Origin: a virus
Taxonomy: Duplodnaviria > Heunggongvirae > Uroviricota > Caudoviricetes
IMG/VR virus record: IMGVR_UViG_2734482594_000020
Direction: 5' to 3' (one strand)
Length of the DNA stretch: 31,289 bases
Below are positions 1 through 7,591 of this stretch, piece after piece. Each line of letters starts with the position of its first letter. The first letter of the stretch is position 1. The notes below the pieces were generated by a model, which saw nothing but the letters and a program-made list of their open reading frames with translations, was not told where the DNA came from and made no database searches. The translations under genes were made by a program, and so were the position numbers.

Positions 1-573
1 ATGTTTTGCGAAGAAAAAGTAGCTCAAATGGCTGCATACCTACTTCTTAAGCGAGGTGGGCGCATGGCATATCTGAAATTGATGAAGTTGCTCTATCTGT
101 CTAACCGCCAGTCGATTTTGAAGCATGGCAGGATGATCGGCGAAGATAGCCTTTACTCTATGAAATTTGGACCAGTCATGTCGAATACGCTGAACTTGAT
201 TCGCGGTAAGGCTGAAGGCATTGGTGACTACTGGTACAACTTGATAGAGACGAACGGGCATAATGTATCGTTGCGTTCAGATCCGAGGGAAATGGATGCA
301 GACGAGGTCTTTGATGAATTGAGTCGTGCAGATATCCGGATTTTAGATGAAATCTATTCTCGGTATGGGCATATGAACCGATTTGATCTCGCAAATATGA
401 CGCATTTAGAAAGCGTTTGTCCAGAGTGGCACGATCCTGGCAATTCTCGTAAGCCTATAGACCTGAAAGAAATGCTGATCAGTGAGGGTAAAAGCGAGGA
501 TGAGGCTAATCGCATAATTGGCAAAATGGAAGAATCTCAGAAACTTAAGGAATTTTCTTTGCAATTATCATGA
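1..573 (+). CDS. Panacea-domain (DUF4065, GepA/SocA-like) protein, putative antitoxin-type component; N-terminus may be cut by the window edge
   Basis: 190-aa ORF with the 'KLMKLLYL' and 'FGPV' motifs I associate with COG3600/DUF4065 proteins; stop overlaps the start of the next ORF (ATGA at 570-573); region looks AT-richer than the phage backbone by eye. Confidence 0.55.
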   Translation: MFCEEKVAQMAAYLLLKRGGRMAYLKLMKLLYLSNRQSILKHGRMIGEDSLYSMKFGPVMSNTLNLIRGKAEGIGDYWYNLIETNGHNVSLRSDPREMDADEVFDELSRADIRILDEIYSRYGHMNRFDLANMTHLESVCPEWHDPGNSRKPIDLKEMLISEGKSEDEANRIIGKMEESQKLKEFSLQLS

Positions 574-989
574 CGGATTATCAGCCATACAGGAAAGGAA
601 CTGTGCTTGCCCCAACTGGGCCATGCAATCATCTTCATGTGATTTGTAATGATCCTGTTTATTACCCCGTTAACGATTGTTATTGTGTTTTAGTTGTTAA
701 TATTTCTAGTATCAAGGATGGTGTCCCCCACGATCCGTCTTGCGTCTTGAATTCTGGTGATCATCGCTTTATCAAGCATCCAAGTTATGTTGTTTACGCT
801 GAAGCTATAATTTGGCGAGTGGATAACATGGTTAGAAAGCAGCGATCGGGTGAGATTTCTGTTCATGATGATATGCCAGAAGCTACATTCAATAGAATTC
901 TGGACGGTTTTGATATCTCTGATGAAGTTACGCCAAAGAACCTTAAATTTAAAAATAAATATTGCGTATCATCTATTGATGATGAGTAA
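570..989 (+). CDS. hypothetical 139-aa protein, candidate toxin/effector partner of the Panacea-domain gene
   Basis: ORF translationally coupled (ATGA overlap) to the upstream gene; AT-rich; no family recognised by eye. Confidence 0.45.
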   Translation: MTDYQPYRKGTVLAPTGPCNHLHVICNDPVYYPVNDCYCVLVVNISSIKDGVPHDPSCVLNSGDHRFIKHPSYVVYAEAIIWRVDNMVRKQRSGEISVHDDMPEATFNRILDGFDISDEVTPKNLKFKNKYCVSSIDDE

Positions 990-1028
990 ACAACAGGAAT
1001 TGTTTCGGTATAACTTCAGGAGTTTTCT

Positions 1029-1202
1029 ATGGAAGATCAAAAAGCAACCAAGCCACAGGTTAAGTTCGACACAATGAAAGCATTCGCAGGTATGGGTGCT
1101 GCTGTTGAAGTTCTGATGAAGGCTGCTCCTAATGCGTTCACTCACGCTACTGTCTCTGGTAAAGAGCAGCAGGGTAAGCTTCGTCGTCGCAAAGCAGCAT
1201 GA
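1029..1202 (+). CDS. small hypothetical protein (57 aa)
   Basis: ATG at 1029 preceded by AGGAG (1017-1021) with a 7-nt spacer; ends TGA 1200-1202 just before a strong terminator; below the ORF-track size cut-off. Confidence 0.35.
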   Translation: MEDQKATKPQVKFDTMKAFAGMGAAVEVLMKAAPNAFTHATVSGKEQQGKLRRRKAA

Positions 1203-1221
1203 TCATAGCTGGTGCTTTTTG

Positions 1222-1250
1222 AAAACCCGCCTTTAGGCGGGTTTTTTATT
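1222..1250. terminator. bidirectional rho-independent terminator between convergent operons
   Basis: Perfect hairpin AAAACCCGCC-ttta-GGCGGGTTTT followed by a T-run on + and, via the A-run, on the minus strand; lies between the + cassette and the minus-strand early operon. Confidence 0.7.
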
Positions 1251-1531
1251 TAGTGATGTTCTTTGCCCTTCTGTTTGCTTGTTCTGACCTGTTCCCACTC
1301 GATACGTCCTTCTTCTCGTCTTTTGTCTATGTATTCCGCAAGATCCTGAATATTGATGCAACGTTTTGCTTTTTGTGATGTGCCGATGCGATATGTTGGA
1401 ACGGGCAACTTACAAGCGTTTGCTTTTGCTTCTGCCGTGGCTGGACTCATGCCAAAGTACTTTTGGCTAACTGCTGAGAGTTCAATGTTAGGGGTATTGA
1501 ATTCAGCCATCAGTAAAAACAAGGTGTTCAT
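1250..1531 (-). CDS. PrtN-family / excisionase-like small DNA-binding protein
   Basis: Start 'MNTLFLL...' matches my recollection of PrtN-family proteins; ATG at 1531 preceded by GGAGAAA on the minus strand; last gene of the early-left operon. Confidence 0.5.
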   Translation of the reverse strand: MNTLFLLMAEFNTPNIELSAVSQKYFGMSPATAEAKANACKLPVPTYRIGTSQKAKRCINIQDLAEYIDKRREEGRIEWEQVRTSKQKGKEHH

Positions 1532-1567
1532 AATTTTCTCCATCAAAACCGGCTGCACCCGGGAAAA

Positions 1568-2140
1568 TCATAATTCTGTGCTGGTGGCAGGAATTAATTT
1601 CTGCCAGATAGCGGAAACATATTTTGCCTGATGACGGGCATCAGCCAGGGCGTTGTGCCGTTCGCCATCGAAAGGCATGTCCATTTTGGGGTCGAATCCG
1701 ATGGAACGCCCAAGCGTAACGATCGTGCGTACATCGTGGTCATTCCAGTATGCCCACGGGCAGATTTGTCCTGCTCGCTCATAAGCTCCACGTAAAATTA
1801 CGTTGTCGAAGGTGGCTCCGTTACCCCAGACTTTTAAATATTTCGTATTGTCTGCGTGCCGGTTAATGAAATGATTTAGTTCTGAGAGAGCATCGCTGAT
1901 CGACAAAGTATCATCAATACAGATTGCAGCTCGTGCTTCAGGGCTTTGTTTCAACCACCACAGGATGGTATCGCCGTCAGGTGTAGCTCCTTGCTTCATA
2001 GCACTGTCTAGGCTGACAACCGCATAGAATTCTTGTCCGATGTCTCCGGTTTCTGGAGTGAAGAACACCGCGCCAATGGAAACGATCGGTGCATCCTTAT
2101 TTTTCCCCATCGTCTCAAGGTCGATCATTAAGTTGTTCAT
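1568..2140 (-). CDS. DnaQ-like (DEDDh) 3'-5' exonuclease
   Basis: 'MIDLETMG' (Exo I motif DxE), 'WGNGATFD' and 'HNALADA' (Exo III H-x4-D) motifs; strong RBS AGGAGGTG before the ATG at 2140. Confidence 0.7.
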   Translation of the reverse strand: MNNLMIDLETMGKNKDAPIVSIGAVFFTPETGDIGQEFYAVVSLDSAMKQGATPDGDTILWWLKQSPEARAAICIDDTLSISDALSELNHFINRHADNTKYLKVWGNGATFDNVILRGAYERAGQICPWAYWNDHDVRTIVTLGRSIGFDPKMDMPFDGERHNALADARHQAKYVSAIWQKLIPATSTEL

Positions 2141-2688
2141 CACTTCACCTCCTGCGGCGGTTCCGGTAGCGGCATCCAGTGAGTTGCTTGCTCAATACCA
2201 TTACCCGGCTTAATCGTTGCTTCTCCTCGCCGGAATGTGCTTCCTGTATAGCGTGCGGAGCATATTAGCGGTTCAACCAGATAGCTATCGAAATTCACCG
2301 AAATAAGCACGTTCTGGTTCTTTTCAGGCATCCGCTCACTACAGCTTATCCAACCATCCGGAGTTACCGGAGAGTTGCCATTTATATCGAAGTTTGGCTC
2401 TGCGTCCTGAACTAGGAGGATGTAACCATTCTTGGCAGTATCAAGTTCTAACGCCTCGGTGACGGTACCGAAATAGCGATTACCTAAATCCGCATCACAA
2501 GTGCTTACATCAATGGAAACCTCCATGCCTTCGATTAATTCTGGCAAGTTGTAAGTTTGGCTTACATGTTCTGCTCCCAGTGATGCCAGTGCAATCCGTG
2601 CCACTTCCATTTGTTCGCCACGGGTAAGCCCGTTATCAAGCGGATTTTTAATGAATAATTCGATACGTTCTTTGGTAATAGTGGTCAT
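2140..2688 (-). CDS. DUF551-domain phage protein
   Basis: C-terminal 'ATHWMPLPEPP' signature typical of DUF551; position in the early-left operon. Confidence 0.6.
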   Translation of the reverse strand: MTTITKERIELFIKNPLDNGLTRGEQMEVARIALASLGAEHVSQTYNLPELIEGMEVSIDVSTCDADLGNRYFGTVTEALELDTAKNGYILLVQDAEPNFDINGNSPVTPDGWISCSERMPEKNQNVLISVNFDSYLVEPLICSARYTGSTFRRGEATIKPGNGIEQATHWMPLPEPPQEVK

Positions 2689-2690
2689 AG

Positions 2691-2882
2691 CTATTTCACC
2701 TTAATCTCAACATTTCGCAGCTTTAGCTCTACTGGCAGGTCTGACTTTCCTGTTAATGCTAATGCGAGATTTTCTGGGGTAATGAGAGCGGTTATTGTTT
2801 TCCCCATCGCCAGACGAATAATCATTCGTATCTCGCTATCGTCACATGCTCCCGGTCGAACAATTGATATTTGTCCGTTCAT
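2691..2882 (-). CDS. small hypothetical protein (63 aa)
   Basis: ATG at 2882 preceded by AAGGAGA on the minus strand; fills the gap between flanking genes; the track ORF 2691..2963 is trimmed to this start. Confidence 0.4.
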   Translation of the reverse strand: MNGQISIVRPGACDDSEIRMIIRLAMGKTITALITPENLALALTGKSDLPVELKLRNVEIKVK

Positions 2883-2883
2883 C

Positions 2884-3387
2884 TCACTCTCCTTTGATAC
2901 GAATGCCCGCGGCGTGTGGCACATTAACTTCCACGATGCGCACTGTTGGTTTGTACATCTCAATCGCTGTCAGCCAGTCAGCTCCTGTCATGCGCTTTTC
3001 CGCATCGCCATTAGTCCACTGAACCGGTACACCAATAGCCTTCATCGCGATTTCTATTTCCCCGGCAATGGCGCTTTTCCCGCAACCAGTAAAACCAGAG
3101 ACAACGACAAGAACTTCACCTTTGGCTGGTTTTATTTCCCGTGCTTCCAGTTCTGCAATGCGTTTGCTTTGGGCTTCTCGTTCATCCAACAGCGCCTGCA
3201 CTACTTCAGGGTTGAAAGCAGCAGCAAGACGGCTGGCGGTATAGTTAATACCCTCGTTGCGAGCCTCAGCACGTACTTCATCGAATTTACGCACCAGATA
3301 CTCAGCATTTGTTTCATTCACTTTCAGATCTCGTGGTACACATTTCCCGCGAAGAAACCCTTCCATTTCGAAAACATTCATGCGCAT
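2884..3387 (-). CDS. hypothetical early protein with a Walker-A-like motif (VVVSGFTGCGKS)
   Basis: 167-aa ORF; start overlaps the stop of the upstream gene; GxxGxGKS after a hydrophobic strand but only about 60 residues follow. Confidence 0.5.
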   Translation of the reverse strand: MRMNVFEMEGFLRGKCVPRDLKVNETNAEYLVRKFDEVRAEARNEGINYTASRLAAAFNPEVVQALLDEREAQSKRIAELEAREIKPAKGEVLVVVSGFTGCGKSAIAGEIEIAMKAIGVPVQWTNGDAEKRMTGADWLTAIEMYKPTVRIVEVNVPHAAGIRIKGE

Positions 3388-3914
3388 TTGCGTAACTCCG
3401 ATAAATCGTTAAAACGTTCCATAAACATCCCGTAGGCATGACCCGGTGCCAGTGGAATCACGTTGAACATCTCTGTTGCCGGGATGCCTTCCAGTACAGG
3501 CCAGAAAGAGCCATCATCAAGCCCGAGATCGCGGCGTTCGGTTGCCAGCATGATGAGATCGGCATATTTCACGGGTGTACTCATAACTGGGGGTAACCCG
3601 TATTTCTCACGGATTACGGCGTCTATTTTTTCTTCCATCCGTTTATAGTCAGGAAGAAGGCGTTTCAGTGGTGCGGGAATGTCCTGGCAATACGCTTCTG
3701 TTGCATCATGCATTAACGCTTCAAAAGCAAATTCCTGCGGCACCAGCTGGCTGCAAAGAACCGCATGTTGGGCGACGCTGTAGAAGTGCGAAAGATGACC
3801 GGCAAAGCGACAGATATTTGAAAGGGAAACCGCGATATCGTTAATATCGATGTCGTCTTTATTTATCTTGTCATAATAAAAATGCTTCCCGGAAAAAGTT
3901 TTAATAAATGACAT
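3378..3914 (-). CDS. HD-domain phosphohydrolase (YfdR-like)
   Basis: 'FAGHLSHFYSVAQHA' and 'LMHDATEAY' His/Asp motifs of the HD superfamily; ATG at 3914 with GGAG 9 nt upstream. Confidence 0.65.
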   Translation of the reverse strand: MSFIKTFSGKHFYYDKINKDDIDINDIAVSLSNICRFAGHLSHFYSVAQHAVLCSQLVPQEFAFEALMHDATEAYCQDIPAPLKRLLPDYKRMEEKIDAVIREKYGLPPVMSTPVKYADLIMLATERRDLGLDDGSFWPVLEGIPATEMFNVIPLAPGHAYGMFMERFNDLSELRKCA

Positions 3915-4041
3915 TTTGTTCTCCACGTATATGCACTGCACCGCGCTGAATTCTGGTAAAAGGAAGCCCTCACCATCCGGTGATTATTGAGTTAATTACG
4001 TTTCCATAAATGCCCCCGCAGGGGCATTTGCAGTAATGAAA

Positions 4042-4866
4042 TCAGGCGGTGAAAGTACCAATAAAGGTTTCTACTTTGCTGTCTTTGAATTTCTCAACAA
4101 GCAGATCACGAAATTCGTTAGCCATTTCTTCCTGCACCGCTTCCAGCTGAATAATGCGCAGAACCAGTACAGGACGATCGCCAGTGATAATGCTGAGGCG
4201 TAATTTAAACGGACGTTCTTTCAGACCTTCAAACGGAACGCATTTAAATTCAAATGCCACTGGCATAATGTCTTTGGTCTTCGCTTCGACAGACTCCATC
4301 AGGGAGCGTTTGCCGCTGAAGTCATTATCTTCAAAATCAGCGGTCTGGTTTGCTTCAATCGTGATTTTACGGACTGCCGCAGCCGCTTTTGTTGCTTGAA
4401 TGGCGTCACCATTAGCATCAAAGCCCACAAGGTAGTCGGCCCAGTCTTCGATCCATTCTGCCAGTGACTTCTGGGAGTTACGCTCGCCGTTAACAGACAA
4501 CAGAGCAGAGAACGGTGCTGTCTTTTTCAGTTTGAGAGTGGCAGTGTTATCTGCGTGACCTGGCTCATCAATAGTACCCAGGTTAAGCACACTGACGGCA
4601 CGCATATTATCGGCATCGATAAAGCAGCGGGTGCCTTCATCTGCAAGATCTTTAGAATAACGGGTAAAATCATCGATGCTGGCAGTGGAAAGTGCACCAC
4701 GGAAACGGAAGCGATTTAAATTAAATTTTTCCAGATCATGAATGCGGAAATTCTCAGGCAATGCCACAGCATCGGCACCAATCTTACTGATAATTTCATT
4801 AACACCCTGAGCAGAAATAAGGGCATGGATTTGATTAATTGCGGTTGCGTCTAAGTTCTGAGACAT
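4042..4866 (-). CDS. DUF2303-family protein (YfdQ-like)
   Basis: 274-aa ORF; length and sequence resemble the CPS-53 prophage protein YfdQ as I recall it. Confidence 0.6.
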   Translation of the reverse strand: MSQNLDATAINQIHALISAQGVNEIISKIGADAVALPENFRIHDLEKFNLNRFRFRGALSTASIDDFTRYSKDLADEGTRCFIDADNMRAVSVLNLGTIDEPGHADNTATLKLKKTAPFSALLSVNGERNSQKSLAEWIEDWADYLVGFDANGDAIQATKAAAAVRKITIEANQTADFEDNDFSGKRSLMESVEAKTKDIMPVAFEFKCVPFEGLKERPFKLRLSIITGDRPVLVLRIIQLEAVQEEMANEFRDLLVEKFKDSKVETFIGTFTA

Positions 4867-4931
4867 AATAAGTCCTCACTATATAAAGATATTCAGTGAT
4901 GAGATAAATAATCAGTTTATTACGAACGATA

Positions 4932-5294
4932 TTAACGACCTGCTGCGCGGAGTTTTCCGTCAGGTTCACCGGCAAGAGTCAGTAATTGTCCCTGGTCTTC
5001 CTGCAGAATAGTCAGGCGACCACCGCGATTGACATACATCGGCGTTTCGGTGGTGTCTTCTTCGGAAATTTTCCCGCGGTTAGTCGGGCGAACATATGAG
5101 AGTTTGTGTTTGATTTTCACACGGTTCTCATCAAATGGTTCGATTTCCAGGTTGAGCGAGACCTTACCTTTGGTTTTCGTGTTCATCACACCGGAAGCGA
5201 CTTCACTGAGAACAGCGCCGATTTTGGTTTCAAATACGCCGCCGTCCAGCTCCCCGATAAATGCCTGCACATCAGTACTGCGTTCGCTAGCCAT
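4932..5294 (-). CDS. hypothetical early protein (YfdP-like, 120 aa)
   Basis: Internal ATG at 5294 preceded by GAGGAG (8-nt spacer) on the minus strand; the longer track ORF (to 5525) runs through leader hairpins and has no RBS. Confidence 0.5.
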   Translation of the reverse strand: MASERSTDVQAFIGELDGGVFETKIGAVLSEVASGVMNTKTKGKVSLNLEIEPFDENRVKIKHKLSYVRPTNRGKISEEDTTETPMYVNRGGRLTILQEDQGQLLTLAGEPDGKLRAAGR

Positions 5295-5431
5295 TTTGCT
5301 GCTCCTCATCATATCGACCCTGCAAGGCCGATTAGTTTCTCCACAAAACAGAGAAGAACACCTGCGGTGGCAGCCGCCCGGATGGATTGGGTTATGAGCC
5401 CGTCGTCCGGTGATGCTCTTCTCTGTTTTGT

Positions 5432-5475
5432 AAAAAGAGCGGTACCAGCCGGAAGCAAGTGTACAAACTGGTACC
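5432..5475 (-). terminator. terminator-like hairpin plus U-run inside the early-left leader
   Basis: On the minus strand GGUACCAG-(19 nt)-CUGGUACC is followed by GCUCUUUUUA; sits upstream of the first early-left gene. Confidence 0.35.
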
Positions 5476-5902
5476 GCCAAAGCAGTGGCTGTTGTGGTGG
5501 GGTTGTCACTCAGGTGTATGGTCAACCTGACAATCCGGTGTCCTCAACGGGGAAAGAGTAACCCCGCCATACTTACCGCCGCGCCATTTCGCGGATTACC
5601 ACAACGCTGAGAGCACTTAGCCAGTTACGGCACCACACTTTGTCGCGGTTCCATAAATGCCCTCATCGTTGCACCCTGGTCTCTTCCCAGGCGTCAAACC
5701 GAATCGCCACGCTGGTTAGGCGTCTTATCAGCATCCTCATTGACTTGCACATTCCGGCTACCTGGTTTGTTTGCCCGAGCAAGGAGTGGATTGTCCCCTT
5801 TAACGTCCCCAGACCGCTAACGACGCATGTGCCATACGCCGTGTTACAACCAAATTTTGTCAGGACCTTGTTTGTTGGTCTGGAAAGAAAGATAAAATGA
5901 AA

Positions 5903-5940
5903 TTGCGTAACGTGCAAGTATTTTATTGCGAGATATGCAA
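5903..5940 (-). promoter_or_regulatory. oL-like operator pair with candidate pL
   Basis: Two 15-bp near-palindromes TTGCGtaacgTGCAA (5903-5917) and TTGCGagataTGCAA (5926-5940), 23 bp centre to centre; minus-strand -35 TTGCAC and -10 TATCTT candidates overlap them. Confidence 0.45.
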
Positions 5941-5949
5941 TAGCGTGAG

Positions 5950-5975
5950 TAATGAAAAGCCACCTTCTGGTGGCT
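5950..5975 (-). terminator. rho-independent terminator downstream of the repressor gene
   Basis: Hairpin AGCCACC-ttct-GGTGGCT followed on the minus strand by UUUUCAUU, about 20 nt after the repressor stop. Confidence 0.55.
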
Positions 5976-5996
5976 AATTGATGTTGAGGTAGGGGG

Positions 5997-6689
5997 TTAA
6001 TTGTGTCGCTTAAGGGTTTGTGACTGACTGATTAAGACCTTTCCAAAGACCATAAACCGGTGTTCGTTTTCGCTGGTAATTCCCCATTCGCGGTAAATCT
6101 GATTATCAGAAATTACCAGCAGTTTATCAGGTATCATTTGCAGTCGTTTGACGTAAATTTTATCATCAAAACCAAATACATATATACCATCCCCATCAAA
6201 CTGATTGATACTGATATCAACGAAGATGAGATCTCCTGGCTCAATGGTTGGACACATACTGTCCCCACGAACGTTGATAACTTTAATGTGATTTGCTGGT
6301 CGTCCACCAAACATCGATACAGCATTATCAGTTCTGTATTCAATGGCATGAATCACATCAATGACATCACCGCCCTGGATAAGGCCATTTCCCGCACTGG
6401 CACTGACATCCAGCATTTCAATACGGAATACATCCTTCACCTGCGCAACATCCTCACTAATACTGTTTTTACATACAGTATTACTTTTGAGGTCTGAGGT
6501 AAAGAGATCAGCAATATCAACACCTAAGCTCCTGGCAATATTACTCAGGGCTTGTTCAGTGAATTGTTTCTGCTTACCTGTTTCGAGGCGCGAGATATTC
6601 GCCGCATCCACTCCTATTGCTTCAGCGAGATCGGCGATTTTCATGTTCTTCGCCTGGCGAAGTTGTCTGACTCGATTTCCTATGTTCAT
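5997..6689 (-). CDS. CI-like repressor (HTH_XRE N-terminus, LexA-like S24 peptidase C-terminus)
   Basis: N-terminal HTH ('IADLAEAIGVDAANISRLETGK'); C-terminal 'GDSM' serine and 'VKRL' lysine of the self-cleaving S24 fold; divergent from a Cro-like gene. Confidence 0.9.
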   Translation of the reverse strand: MNIGNRVRQLRQAKNMKIADLAEAIGVDAANISRLETGKQKQFTEQALSNIARSLGVDIADLFTSDLKSNTVCKNSISEDVAQVKDVFRIEMLDVSASAGNGLIQGGDVIDVIHAIEYRTDNAVSMFGGRPANHIKVINVRGDSMCPTIEPGDLIFVDISINQFDGDGIYVFGFDDKIYVKRLQMIPDKLLVISDNQIYREWGITSENEHRFMVFGKVLISQSQTLKRHN

Positions 6690-6709
6690 GCGTTTATTAC
6701 ATTTCTTTA

Positions 6710-6786
6710 TTGCGCGTTAAGCAAATCAACTTGCGCAAAATATTTGCGTGAAATAATATGCTCATCACGCAATATGTGGAGGTTAT
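6710..6786. promoter_or_regulatory. oR-like operator cluster with divergent pRM/pR
   Basis: TTGCGcgttaAGCAA (6710-6724), the 8-bp palindrome TTGCGCAA (6731-6738) and aTGCTcatcaCGCAA (6758-6772) share the half-site used at oL; the Cro RBS GGAGG follows. Confidence 0.5.
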
Positions 6787-7047
6787 ATGCAATCACCATT
6801 ACGGAATGTGCGTAAGGCGCACGGATTTACTTTGCAGCATGTTGCTGCGGGCGTTCAGGTCAATCCAGCGACGCTGAGTCGTATTGAAAGACTGGAACAA
6901 ATTCCATCTGTCGATCTTGCAGAACGTCTGGCCAATTTTTTTAAGGGTGAAATCAGCGAAATGCAGATTCTTTATCCGGCACGTTTTCAATCTAGCCAAA
7001 ACCAGAATGGGTTTAAACCACAGGAACAGGAGGTAAGCCGTGGGTAA
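6787..7047 (+). CDS. Cro-like HTH (XRE) regulator
   Basis: HTH 'LQHVAAGVQVNPATLSRIERLEQ'; RBS GGAGG 4 nt upstream; divergent from the repressor. Confidence 0.75.
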   Translation: MQSPLRNVRKAHGFTLQHVAAGVQVNPATLSRIERLEQIPSVDLAERLANFFKGEISEMQILYPARFQSSQNQNGFKPQEQEVSRG

Positions 7048-7591
7048 GCATCATTGGAAAGTGGAAAAACAACCTGAGTGGTACGTGAAAGCTGTCAGAA
7101 AAACTATCGCGGCATTGCCAGGGGGTTACGCTGAAGCTGCTGACTGGCTGGATGTAACAGAGAACGCTTTATTCAACCGCCTTCGTGCAGATGGCGATCA
7201 GATTTTCCCGTTGGGATGGGCAATGGTTTTACAGCGTGCTGCTGGCAATCACCACATTGCGGATGCTGTCGCACAGTCTGCTGGTGGGGTGTTTGTATCA
7301 CTTCCTGAAATTGAGGAAGTAGAGAACGCCGATATCAACCAGCGCCTGCTGGAGGTCATTGAACAGATCGGCAGTTATTCCAGACAGATTCGTTCAGCAA
7401 TTGAAGACGGTGTAGTGGAACCGCATGAGAAGACAGCAATTAATGATGAATTGTATCTGTCAATTTCGAAGCTCCAGGAGCATGCGGCACTGGTCTACAA
7501 AATTTTCTGCGCTCCAGAAAAGAGTGACGCCCGCGAGTGTGCAGCTCCGGGCGTCGTGGCGTTTTGTGTCTGTGGAGAAACTAACGCATGA
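7040..7591 (+). CDS. CII-like / YdaT-like lysogeny regulator
   Basis: GTG start with AGGAGG 6 nt upstream; the position immediately after cro is typical of the CII(CP76)/YdaT family; assignment by synteny and general resemblance only. Confidence 0.45.
   Translation: MGKHHWKVEKQPEWYVKAVRKTIAALPGGYAEAADWLDVTENALFNRLRADGDQIFPLGWAMVLQRAAGNHHIADAVAQSAGGVFVSLPEIEEVENADINQRLLEVIEQIGSYSRQIRSAIEDGVVEPHEKTAINDELYLSISKLQEHAALVYKIFCAPEKSDARECAAPGVVAFCVCGETNA

Noticed and set aside
850-1077. 75-aa + strand ORF overlapping the end of the 139-aa ORF
   Set aside because: Out-of-frame overlap with two better-supported ORFs; no RBS; composition not protein-like.
5106-5561. ORFs on both strands inside the early-left leader (5106..5561 +, 5309..5509 -, 5640..5900 +, 5663..5917 -)
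   Set aside because: No RBS; they run through the long inverted repeats and hairpins; better explained as non-coding structured DNA/RNA.
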